Positions 28,710-40,934 of a stretch of 50,675 nucleotides of DNA are shown in pieces. The stretch's first letter is position 1. Each line of letters begins with the position of its first letter. A program made the translations under genes and the position numbers. Under the pieces are notes generated by a model that saw only the letters and a program-made list of their open reading frames with translations, did not search any database and had not been told where the DNA came from. Origin of the DNA: Octopus sinensis (lineage: Eukaryota); assembly GCF_006345805.1 (NCBI RefSeq), contig NW_021834216.1:1-50675 (forward strand). The letters are read 5' to 3'.

Positions 28710-29384
28710 ACAAATAAAGTGTTTACATGAAGATAATGTATATACAAATAAAGTGTTTACATGAAGATAATGTCTATATAAATAAAGTGTTTACATGAAG
28801 ATAATGTCTATATAAATAAAGTGTTTACATGAAGATAATGTCTATATAAGAAGTAAAGCGTATACATGAAGATAATGTCTATACAAATAAAGTGTTTACA
28901 TGAAGATAATGTATATATAAATAAAGTGTTTACATGAAGATAATGTATATATAAATAAAGTGTTTACATGAAGATAATGTCTATATAAATAAAGTGTTTA
29001 CATGAAGATTAATGTAATATAAAAAAAGTGTTTACATGAAGATAATGTCTATATAAATAAAGTGTTTACATGAAGATAATGTCTATATAAATAAAGTGTT
29101 TACATGAAGATAATGTATATATAAATAAAGTGTTTACATGAAGATAATGTCTATATAAATAAAGTGTTTACATGAAGATAATGTCTATATAAATAAAGTG
29201 TTTACATGAAGATAATGTCTATATAAATAAAGTGTTTACATGAAGATAATGTTTATATAAATAAAGTGTTTACATGAAGATAATGTCTATATAAATAAAG
29301 TGTTTACATGAAGATAATGTATATACTAATAATGTGTGTACATGAATTAATGCATATACAAATAAAGTGTTTACATGAAGATAA
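28710..29384. repeat. 34-bp minisatellite, ~20 copies (aaataaagtgtttacatgaagataatgtctatat)
   Basis: Period 34 (e.g. 28746, 28780); one more unit at 29769-29810. Confidence 0.95.
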
Positions 29385-29768
29385 TCTCTCTATATATAAA
29401 CGGCAGTTTGTCTGTGTGTGTTTCTGTGTGTCTGTTTGGTTGTACCCTCACTCTGACCACGGCTTTCAACCGATTCTGATGAAACTTGACACACACATAG
29501 CCCAATGTCATAATTCAAAACTAACGCAGCGAAAACTTTGAAAAGTTCCCCCAGTTCTGAAAAAAGTCGATAAATTCGACATGGGGTCGAGAATCAGAAA
29601 CACAAACCACAGACTGTCTAGGGGACGCAACTCCACCTTTTTAACTCTCAAAAAAAATTTACCATCATTTTTTCCCCATTTTTTTGCTATATTTTGGCTA
29701 TAACTATCTAAAAATGCTTTATAGTTATTTCCCTTACAAACCCGAGCAACGCCGGGCGATACTGCAAG
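29385..29768 (+). mobile_element. Non-autonomous Helitron
   Basis: 5' TC, 3' hairpin cccgagcaacgccggg then ctgCAAG (CTAG-like); sits between A and T of a minisatellite unit (gataa|tgtctat) with no TSD. Confidence 0.85.
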
Positions 29769-30104
29769 TGTCTATATAAATAGTGTTTACATGAAGATAA
29801 TGTATATACATATATACATATATGTATATGTAAAATGTTTACATATGCATACAATATTGGCTAAACATGGCTGCAGACATGGGTGCGTGGTAAGAAGCTT
29901 GCTACCGAACCACATTGTTCCGGGTTCAGTCCCACTGCGTAGCACTTTGGGTAAGTGCCTTCTACTATAGCTGGCCCAGTCTGGCCATAGTTCAATGACT
30001 AAAACAAGTGAAAGGTGAAAGATTTAGAAAAATCTGTGTCGAACTGTTGAGAAATCTGCAGTTATTCCATCCAGTCAATTGCTTTAGATATATACCTGTA
30101 ACTG

Positions 30105-30425
30105 AAGGCTCGTGGCTTAGTGGTTAGGGTATTCGACTCACGATGGTCAGGTCGTGAGTTCAATTCACGGCGACGCACTGTGCCCTTGAACAAGACACTT
30201 TATTTCACGTTGATTCAGTTCACTCAGCTGGCAGAAACGAGTTGCACCTGTATTTCAAAGAGTTAGCCTTGTCACATTCTGTGTCACGCTGAATCTCCCC
30301 GAGAGCTACGTTAAGGGTACACGTGTCTGTGGCGTGCTCAGCCACTTGCACGTTAATTTCACGAGCAGGCTGTTCCGTTATTCGGATCAGTTGGAACCCA
30401 CGTCATCATAACCGACGGAGTGCCA
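30105..30425 (+). mobile_element. SINE family B
   Basis: tRNA-like head plus the shared central domain. Confidence 0.8.
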
Positions 30426-30763
30426 GCCATACTTATAATTATTAGAGCAATTAAAGTGGCAAGCTGGCAGAATCGTTAACACGCTAGGCAAAATCCTTGG
30501 CAGCATTTCGTCCGTCTTTACGTTCTGAGTTCAAATTCCGACAGGTCGATAAAATAAACACCAGTCGAAAACTGGGTTCAATGTAATCGACTTAACCCCC
30601 TTCCCCACCCTCTACCGAATTTGTTGGCCCTGTGCCAAAATTTGAAATCATTATTAGAGCACTTAGATTGGTAACAACTTGCTTCAGCATCCATCTTGAG
30701 AAGCTGGGTTTTATAAAACCAGAGAGAACACAAAATAATAATATAATAATAATAATAATAATA

Positions 30764-30796
<33 letters not shown>

Positions 30797-31201
30797 TACT
30801 AATAATAATAATAATAATATAAAATAATAATAAAATAAATTAATAATAATAATAATATAATATAATAATAATAATAATGATAGTAATAAAATTAAAAAAG
30901 GATTACAAATATAAGCTATCACAGTCACCATCAAAATAGGTAAAACATTCAGAAAGTTTAGCATGAAATGCATTCGACGTATGCGATGACATCCATGCTT
31001 GTACCGATGTGGATGAGTGCACATGCATATTTTTATGCATACGTGTGCGCATGCTTTTACACATAGATCCTTACAAAACTTTCAATTTTGATATTTCAAT
31101 TCAAAAAGAGAGCCTTGCTTCCAGGTAAGAGACAAATTCTTTCTTCATTGGTGCGACATTCGGAAACATACGTATACTACATACGTATATTATATAATTA
31201 T

Positions 31202-31233
<32 letters not shown>

Positions 31234-31277
31234 GTCCTCACGCTGTTGTGTTTTCTCTTTGTTCATGTTCGGATTAA

Positions 31278-31316
<39 letters not shown>

Positions 31317-31370
31317 ATATATATAGGAATGAAAAATGGAGTCAACGCACGTTTAAACAAGTATTTTTTT

Positions 31371-31455
31371 TTTTCTACATATGTTTCAAAAATTCCACTG
31401 ATACTTATTCAAAAGAATAAAAGGTATAAACAATGCAATCTTCTCTTCGGGAAAG
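31371..31455 (-). ncRNA. Hammerhead-like ribozyme, left PLE arm
   Basis: Reverse complement of the 34138-34221 motif. Confidence 0.65.
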
Positions 31456-32392
31456 TGAAAAAACGAAACTTGTCAATACGACATTTTAGCAAAAATGAAT
31501 GATGATTCGTATAGCGATAGACAGAACGCTATTAATATTGTTTAAAAAAACGTTATATGATATAACGTCATAAGTAGCTAACAGAAAGAGTAGGGATATT
31601 AATAGTGAATGTTAAATATAAAGGAAATTAAAGTCTAAACTATATATAATGATAGAGACTACTTATATGCACTAAAAGTATGCTTTTGCCAATACTTACA
31701 TCTGTATGCTCGTTCTATAACCGTGTTTACTAGAGTATTTTTAGAAAAAATAATGAAAAATAGCTCAGAATTGCAGAGAAGACAGAATTTCTTGCCTTTG
31801 TCATATGGTATCGAAATTGAGAGGATCAACCATTCCAAATGAAATTGTTCATTGTGGTCTTTTAAATTCCAAATCAGTTTGCTGAGACCGGTACTATTCC
31901 GTTTATTTCTATCTCTAAATGTTAGTAATGGATAGAAATTCTCTTAGATAACTCTAACGATGTCTTCCAATTAAAATCGTACTTTTACGAGTACTGATAT
32001 ACACTGGTATATAAATTTTTAATCTTAGAGTTACTTGACATAAATTTAATTCTATTGGGATTGACTTCAGATACAATAACCTTGTTATTAATATTTCTAG
32101 AGGGTTGGATGGTGTAGCTAAATTAATGTTAGTATTAGTAATGTATTAATATTTAACAGTTTGTTATTATGAGAAGATATAATTTGCAAGAGATTTTTTG
32201 TGTTTGAAAAACCTATCCTAACCTTATGTGAATTAATTATAGAGTAATATCTAGAATTATTTGGAAAATTCCTAGCAATAGCTTGACGAAACAGCAGTGG
32301 GAGATTAGATTTAATTTGTCTCCCGTAAGGAATTATTAACCAAATATTTTTACTAGTATTCATAGCGTAATTACTTTTGAAGGTGTTATATT

Positions 32393-33930
32393 TCCAATTT
32401 TTATTCGTCTATTAATCCTATAGTACTTAATAAGGCACTTTGGCTTGCTCATAACGAAGCTGGTCTCACCCGAGAAGAAATTAATGTTGTGTTGGCAGCC
32501 AGAAGATCTATTATTAAATTTGATGATAAGTTGTGGGTCCGTAAAGACACACCAGATAGTTTCGATATACCTATGGGAAGTTCTGATTCAGCACAGATAG
32601 CTGATTTGGTCTGTATATACATTCTTTTTGAAATGGCTGAAGAGTTCCCTAACATTTATGGAGGTCTATATCGTGATGATTGTTTACTTTACCTCCAAAA
32701 TGTTTCTAACCAAAAGGTACAAAAAGTTAAGAACAGTTTAGTTAATTTTTTCAGTAGAATGGGCTTAAAAATCGTTTTTGATGACGATCTGACGAAGGCC
32801 AACTTTTTAGATATTACCTTAATTTACACAGTGACTCTTACTTCCCATATCATAAACCGTTGACCAATCTTAAGTACATTAGCAAATTTAGTAATCATCC
32901 TGGAGCAATTACTAAGAATTTAGTTAAGAATATTTCATTTAGATTATCTAAATTATCTGCTAATGTTGATATTTTCAATAATAACGCTGAATTCTATAAC
33001 TCTGCCTTAATCAAAGCAGGTTATACAGAAAAAATTTTCTACATTGATTCTGCTCAGTCTAATTGTAAATTCAATAATGTAGATAAGATTTCTAGTCGTA
33101 AAAGAATTATTGATAACAAACATAACTTACGCACCGATACAAAGCGAATGAAGGCAGATAACCCTTATTATTCCCCTATTACCGATCTAAAAGTAAATAT
33201 AACACCTTCAAAAGTAATTACGCTATGAATACTAGTAAAAATATTTGGTTAATAATTCCTTACGGGAGACAAATTAAATCTAATCTCCCACTGCTGTTTC
33301 GTCAAGCTATTGCTAGGAATTTTCCAAATAATTCTAGATATTACTCTATAATTAATTCACATAAGGTTAGGATAGGTTTTTCAAACACAAAAAATCTCTT
33401 GCAAATTATATCTTCTCATAATAACAAACTGTTAATATAATACATTTACTAATACTAACATTAATTTAGCTACTACCATCCAACCCTCTAGAAATATTAA
33501 TAACAAGGTTATTGTATCTGAAGTCAATCCCAATAGAATTAAATTTATGTCAAGTAACTCTAAGATTAAAATTCTATATACCAGTGTATAATCAGTACTC
33601 GTAATAAAGTACGATTTTACATTGGAAGCACATCGTTAGAGTTATCTAAGAGAATTTCTATCCATTACTCAACATTTAGAGATAGAAATAAACGGAATAG
33701 TACCGGTCTCAGCAAACTGATTTGGAATTTAAAAGACCACAATGAACAATTTCATTTGGAATGGTTGATCCTCTCAATTTCGATACCATATGACAAAGGC
33801 AAGAAATTCTGTCTTCTCTGCAATTCTGAGCTATTTTTCATTATTTTTTTCTAAAAATACTCTAGTAAACACGGTTATAGAACGAGCATACAGATGTAAG
33901 CATTGGCAAAAGCATACTTTTAGTGCATAA
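32393..33930 (+). pseudogene. 5'-truncated PLE reverse transcriptase + GIY-YIG endonuclease, frameshifted
   Basis: NFYSSI, FDIPMGSSDSAQ, GLYRDD, NFLDITL, YISKFSNHP, then ILY...YIGSTS...KRISIH...CLLC...RCKH, stop 33928-33930. Confidence 0.9.
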
Positions 33931-34137
33931 AGTAGTCTCTATCATTATATATAGTTTAGACTTTTTTCCTTTATATTTAACATTCACTATTAATATCCCT
34001 ACTCTTTCTGTTAGCTACTTATGACGTTATATCATAAATAACGTTTTTTTAAAACAATATTAATAGCGTTCTGTCTATCGCTATACGAATCCATCATTTT
34101 TTGCTAAAATGTCGTATTGACAAGTTTCGTTTTTTCA

Positions 34138-34221
34138 CTTTCCCGAAGAGAAGATTGCATTGTTTATACCTTTTATTCTTTTGAATAAGTTCAGTGGAAT
34201 TTTTGAAACATATGTAGAAAG
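34138..34221 (+). ncRNA. Hammerhead-like ribozyme, right PLE arm
   Basis: ctttc-CCGAAGA-stem II (gaagatt/aattttt, long hairpin)-GAA-ACATATGT-A-gaaag; palindromic stem III, GUA site. Confidence 0.7.
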
Positions 34222-34430
34222 AAAAAATACTTGTTTAAACGTGCGTTGACCTCCATTTTTTATTCCTATTATTCAAATATTCAACGTAAACACGAAGTTT
34301 CAACCTTTATAAACAAGGAGTTACAACATCTTTACTTGTGAGATTTTGCTGCCCTGGTAACTATTCATTCATTTATCCGTGTTAATTGTTAACAAGGTAA
34401 AATACACTCATCTATTTATATATATATATA

Positions 34431-34472
<42 letters not shown>

Positions 34473-34634
34473 CTATATATTATATATATATATCTGTAAT
34501 ATATATATGTATATGTATATTATTATATTATATTATATATTATATATATATATAATATATATATATTGTATATATATATATATATATATAATATATATCA
34601 TATATATTATATATATATATATATATATATTATA

Positions 34635-34800
34635 GTTTAATCCAAACAATGAACAAAGAGAAAGCACAACAAAGTGAGGACGTGGTTACAAATATAATGT
34701 TATTGGACGCTCAGGAAATAAATGAGATGAGGATTCAACGTTTCGAGCGGAGCTCTTCGTCAGAAAATAGGAGAGGTCACAAGGAAGGGAGCCGAGTAAA
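34635..34800 (-). mobile_element. PLE-terminus-like element with hammerhead-like motif (34733-34768)
   Basis: Minus strand atttt-CTGACGA-A-GAGC(TCC)GCTC-GAA-ACGT-T-gaat; ends in (TA)n. Confidence 0.7.
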
Positions 34801-35269
34801 GAAATCGCCAACCTACACAACACAAACGAACGGCCACACACACACACACACACACACATACACACACACATACACCACACACACACACACAACAACACAC
34901 ACAACACACACACACCAATACAAATATTTTATATATATGAGTATAGTCGAGCAATATATTGATGGTTATGACATCCGAAGAGTCATCGATATTGTTTCGG
35001 TGCAATAGTCGGCTCGAAACCGACAATACCATTCCAATCAATTATACGTTCGACAATATATGAACTTATAACAACTCTACTACATGTATACCGTGTGCTT
35101 CTTTCTGAACTAAAGACCACTAACTGAAATACACACGTGGTGTATATGTAGGGATATACTACATACATACATACATACATACTACATACATACATACATA
35201 CATAATACATACACACATACGTACATAATACATACATACCACATACATACATACATACTAATATAATAT

Positions 35270-35302
<33 letters not shown>

Positions 35303-36289
35303 TACATATAACACACACAGATATACACGTACACAGATTTGGTGTGTTTGTGTTCGTCTGTGTATAACTATATATAAACCTAATTTGTCTTTAAAACGAC
35401 AGCATCCTCAGTTTATTGTCAAGATTGTAATTGAGTAATTAGAGGCAAATAAATAAATCCATAATTAATCAGGAATTTATTAACGAACTACGAACGGGAC
35501 GATAATTAGAAGCAGAAGATATGGAGGCCGTGTGGGGGGGGGGCTGAATGAAGACGGCGTTGCTTGCTTCATGATCGTTAGGTTGGGTGGACATGTTTAA
35601 TATACACGAGACTAAGTCAACAACTGTACTATTTTCTGCTCGCAATATTTATGGAGTTGCCTTTAATCTTGCAGCTAAGAATACAGTTTATTTCTTCTTC
35701 TTCTTCTCTTCTTTCTATTATTTCGAGAATAATTTTTTCTCAATTGACTTTATTAATTAGTAGAAAGAGAGAAAGGAAGGGAAAATGAAGAAGAAATAGG
35801 GAATTAATAACAAAGACTTTGTGCCGAAAATATAAAACATGTGTTTGATGTTGGTCTAAATTTTGGTCAGTTTCTTATCCATTCCTTTCGCTCTAATTTC
35901 TATTGTTGTTGCTGTTGTTCTTGCTGTTGGTGTTACTGCTGTTGGTGTTGTTGTTGTTGCTGTTGTTGCTGTTTCTGTTGTTGTTCTTTCAGCAAACAAA
36001 TTGTGGCTTAATTGCAATCCGTTTCAAAAGACTTTTATGGTCAATATTGAATAAAAAAAAAACAACAAAAAAAAAAAAACAAACAAAGAAAAAGAAAGAT
36101 ATGACGAGGGCAACAACAACAGCATCAGCAACAACAGTAACATCATCCATGACGACGATAACAATAGCAACAACAACAATAACAATAAGAACGTCATGGA
36201 TGACGACGATAACAGCAAAAATGTGAACAGCAATAAGAACAATAAAAACAGCATCATCGATGACATCCGAACCATACCCCCCCGCCGCT

Positions 36290-36340
36290 AACACCGCCAC
36301 CGCCACCACCGCCGCCACCACCGCCGCCACACCACCGCCA

Positions 36341-36372
<32 letters not shown>

Positions 36373-36661
36373 GCCACCATCACCACCACCATCATCACCA
36401 CTACCGCCACCACCACCACCACCACCACTACCATCATCACCACTACCGCCACCACCACCACCACCACCACCACTACCACCACCACCACTACCACCACCAC
36501 CACCACCACCATCACCACCACCACCACCACCACCACCACTACCACCACCACCACCACCACCACCACCACCACCACCACCACCACCACCACCACCATCACC
36601 ACCACCACCACCACCATCGCCGCCACCACCACCACCACCACCACCACCACCACCACCACCA

Positions 36662-36692
<31 letters not shown>

Positions 36693-36710
36693 ACCACCAC
36701 CGTCGCCATG
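36290..36710. repeat. GC-rich (CCA)n/(CCG)n microsatellite
   Basis: Direct inspection. Confidence 0.95.
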
Positions 36711-36909
36711 ACAACAATAATAAAAACAACTGCAGAAAGTACTATAAATACAAGAAAAATACATTATTACAACAATAAACGCTGCATTAATTATTATTAT
36801 ATTAACTACAACAGCAACGATAAAAGCAACAACAACCAACAACATATATATATATATATATAAATACATATATACATATACACATGTATGTTTTACGAGT
36901 GTATTATAT

Positions 36910-36983
<74 letters not shown>

Positions 36984-37006
36984 TATATATATATATATAT
37001 ATATAT

Positions 37007-37259
37007 TGTAAATGTAATATGCGGCAGTTATTCGGTAGCCATGATAAAACTCCGAGTTTCAGATGTCGGGGTGGAAATTCACGCCGCCATCTCTTCAGTT
37101 ATCCGAAGAGATGGTGGCGTGGATTTCCACCCCGACATCTGAAACTCGGAGTTTTATCATGGCTACCGAATAACTGCCGCATATTACATTTACAGATAAT
37201 TCCTCTATTTAAATAATATCGAGGTCTCTTTCATTCTTTTGTTGTCTTACCATTTCTAT

Positions 37260-37260
<1 letters not shown>
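37007..37260. mobile_element. Fold-back mini-element (palindrome 37007-37194 plus one-sided tail) with hammerhead motifs
   Basis: 90-bp arms with 2 mismatches and an 8-nt loop; minus-strand motif 37043-37103 gataa-CTGAAGA-...-GAA-ACTCGGAGT-T-ttatc. Confidence 0.85.
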
Positions 37261-37321
<61 letters not shown>

Positions 37322-37729
37322 ATTATACACATGCATGTATGCGTTTATGAGTGTGTATTTTGTGCTTGTGTTTGTCTACTCACACGGCTTGACATTCAGT
37401 GTTGGTTATTTACGTCCCCATAACATTAGCGCTTCGGCAAAAGAGACTGATAGAATAAGTACCAGACATTAAAAAAAGAAAAGAAAAAGAACGCAAGTTC
37501 TGGCGTTGATTTGTTCGACTGAGGCCAGCAAAGTGGACCTCAAGAATGACCGCAACCCAGTGACTTAAACAACTAGAAAATGAGAGAGTAAGTACCTGTC
37601 ATGGCGAATTGGCTGAATCGTCAAAATGGTGGATTAAATACCACACCACGTTTATTCCAACCTCCTTCTCTCTGAGTTCAAATCTCGATTATGTCAACTT
37701 CAGTGCAAAAAAAAAAAAAAGAACACCAA

Positions 37730-37960
37730 TCCATGGCGTTGGATTGGCGGAGCTGTTACGGGTCGGAGTAAAATGCTCTCCGGTTTTTGTGCAGGATCTT
37801 TTTTCTGACAGCAATGCCGGCCACGATATTGGCATCAAGTTGTATCGCCCCAAGTCAGTGGTCCTTCCCTTGGTTAAATCTCGGTGGCATGAAGGGAAGA
37901 GATTTTCATGCATGGGTAACTACTATTCCTTCTCAAAAATATTTTGTCCAAGTCTGCGTG
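37730..37960 (+). repeat. Unclassified old interspersed repeat, homologous to 14300-14560
   Basis: By-eye alignment; substitutions spread evenly over codon positions. Confidence 0.6.
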
Positions 37961-39118
37961 CGTATGTGCAGCAGTATGGGAAACCTTGGCTGATAAAGTC
38001 CCTGAATAATTATTTCCTGAAATTTTCAGAACGTACAATTGGATGAAATGCTACTAAGGATTTTGGCTAGCATGCTAACCATTCTGCCAGTTCGCCGCCG
38101 GTGGAATTTGAACTTACAGAATCGGAACCCATAATGGCATCTTTCTGATATTCTAACGACTCTGTCAATAAGCAAGAGCAACAGCAACAATAACAATTGT
38201 AAAGATGATGATGATAATGATGATAATCATCACAACAACATCAACAACAACAACAATAATACTGGCTTCAAATTTTGGCACAAGGCCTGCACTTTTGAGG
38301 AGAGATACGTCGATTACATCGACCCCCGTGCTCAACTGGTACTTTATTTTTCCTACCTAGAAAAAGGATGAAAGGCTAAGTGAACATAGGTGGACTTTGA
38401 ACTCAGAACATAATGACGGGCAATATATATTACAAAGAATTTCGCCCGGCGTGCTTAACCATTCTGCCAGCTGCTCGCTGCCCGTGGAATTTGAACTTAC
38501 AGAATCGAAACACATAATGGCATCTTTCTGACATTCTAACGATTCTGCAAATAACAACTCCAACAACATAACGATGATTACAACAATAATATATACAGAG
38601 AGAGATAGAAATAGATACACAAACACACATACACTCACTCATACACGCAATCACACACACACACACACGCACGTGTGCACTCATACACACGCGCGCACAC
38701 TCGCACACAAAGAACGTCACTCATAATTAAAAATACAATCAAGATAATGATGGAACCTGAAGCGATATTACCATTTTAGATGTGTGTATGCGATAACGCT
38801 TCACCAGTGAATTATCAAACACAGTACAACACTATTCTAAGAAAGATTCCAGTAGAGACCTTTAGCATGTCAACAGGTACAGGGATATATCTATGTGATA
38901 AAAGGCGTATGTCCTCACATACACACGCAGGCACATATATACATACCTATATGTATACGTATGCTTACTCAACGTCCATAATCACACAGAAAATATTTGC
39001 ATATTTCATACAGACTTACATATACATGTATATTACTGTATCTCATATATAATATATATCAAGTATATAGAGATGTCACACATATATACACACACGTGTA
39101 TATATATATATATATATA

Positions 39119-39156
<38 letters not shown>

Positions 39157-39224
39157 ATATATGTGTGTATGAATATATGTGCATGTATATGTGTGTGAGT
39201 ACATCACGTACTATTATACACATA

Positions 39225-39279
<55 letters not shown>

Positions 39280-39510
39280 GTATATGCATATGTATATATA
39301 TATGTATGGATGTATGTGTACATTTATATACATATACAAGCACACAAGATGTATATATATATATATGTACACACGCGCACACACGCATATACACACATGC
39401 ATACACACATATATGAAAATATGTGTATTTATATATCACTATATATATACTAACTGACACACTACATACATACGCGCGTACACATGCGCACACACATACT
39501 CTCACAGATA

Positions 39511-39565
<55 letters not shown>

Positions 39566-40069
39566 CTGGACACACACACGTACACATACACACACAAATA
39601 TATATATATTTGCATAGTTTTATCAACACAACAATTCCAATGTTAAACTCCAAAGTTCCTATATTACTCAAGGCTGTAAGTTATCTTCATAAGTGAGACT
39701 TAAAGATTTCAAATTGATATTTCCCCCACTTCAGTAAAATTAGGATCCAGTTCAATATAAGTCCCTGGGGCCAGTGGAAGAGAAGTGATGGGTGGTGATA
39801 AAGTTATTTAAAAAAGTTTTCACTTTCGTAGTTTATTATCGTTTTAAAGTGTATGAGGGTGTGTGTATGTCTCTGTGTGTGTATGTGTGTGTAAGTGTGT
39901 GTGAATGTGTGATTTGTGGGCAAACAAATAAACGCACGCATGAATTTAGACATGAAGAGAAATCAACAGCAAAACCACTTTATTTTACTTAGATTTCACT
40001 GTAGATAGAAACACGAATTTAATGCGCGCGCGCGTGCATGCGTATATGAACGTGTGTGTGTTTGTATAT

Positions 40070-40153
<84 letters not shown>

Positions 40154-40160
40154 ATATATA

Positions 40161-40322
40161 TAGGGAGAATTCACAAAAAAAACCCCCAAAAGACGAAGAC
40201 AGGTGGTGTAGACAACAAACAGATGTATTAGTTTAACGCTCAGAAAGTGAAAAAGTCTTTTACGTTTCGAGCCTACGCTCTTCTACAGAAAGGGACACAG
40301 AAAGAAACAAAGAGAGAAACAT
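40161..40322 (-). mobile_element. Short PLE-terminus-like element with hammerhead-like motif (40255-40296)
   Basis: Minus strand cttt-CTGTAGA-A-GAGC(GTAG)GCTC-GAA-ACGT-A-aaag. Confidence 0.7.
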
Positions 40323-40323
40323 G

Positions 40324-40392
<69 letters not shown>

Positions 40393-40411
40393 ATATATAT
40401 ATCTATAGACG

Positions 40412-40715
40412 AAGGCGTGGCTGTGCGGTAAGAAGCCTGCTTCCCGACCACATGGTTCCGTGTTCAATCAAACTGCGTAGCACCTCGGACAAGTGTCTTC
40501 TACTATAAGCGCGGGCTGACCAAAACCATGTGAGTGGATTTTGTAGACGGAAATAGAAAGAAGCCTGTCGTAAATATATGTATATATATGTTTGCATATA
40601 TGTGTGTGCGTGTGTGCGTGTGTGTGTGTGTATGTGTGTGTGTGCATGTTTGTCCTGGCCACTGCTTGACAACCTTTGTTGGTGTGTTTACGTCTCCACA
40701 ACTTAGCGGTTCGGC
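40412..40715 (+). mobile_element. SINE family A, 3'-truncated
   Basis: Head and internal microsatellite. Confidence 0.85.
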
Positions 40716-40934
40716 TTTTATATATGTATATTATTTTAGAATAAGGTGCAGATCAATTAGCAGGTGTCCGAAACATTAAGTTCCAATTAAAATTTCTTTT
40801 CAATACAGGTATGTACATACGCATGTATGTATGTATGTATGTATGTATGTATGTATGTATGTATGTGTATGTATGTATGTATGTGTGTATGTATGTATGT
40901 ATGTATGTAGGTAGGTATGTGTGCACGTGTATGT

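Larger units (their letters stand above)
31323..34269. mobile_element. Fold-back Penelope-like retroelement: inverted arms 31323-32393 and 33195-34269, 801-bp spacer
   Basis: Arms are near-identical reverse complements (same MNTSKNIWLIIPY ORF on both strands); spacer encodes the RT core. Confidence 0.93.

Noticed and set aside
28710-29384. CRISPR-like regular repeats
   Set aside because: Units are head-to-tail with no unique spacers; eukaryotic context
34975-35030. CCGAAGA...GAAAC hairpin cluster
   Set aside because: The best pairing consumes core nucleotides; no stem III with an NUH site
35989-36950. Poly-Gly/poly-Pro/poly-Val ORFs
   Set aside because: (CCA/CCG)n repeat read in several frames
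37609-38046. 145-aa ORF with a tttttgtgcag acceptor-like site as a host exon
   Set aside because: Begins in a SINE; the homologous copy at 14300-14560 shows no codon-position bias and has stops
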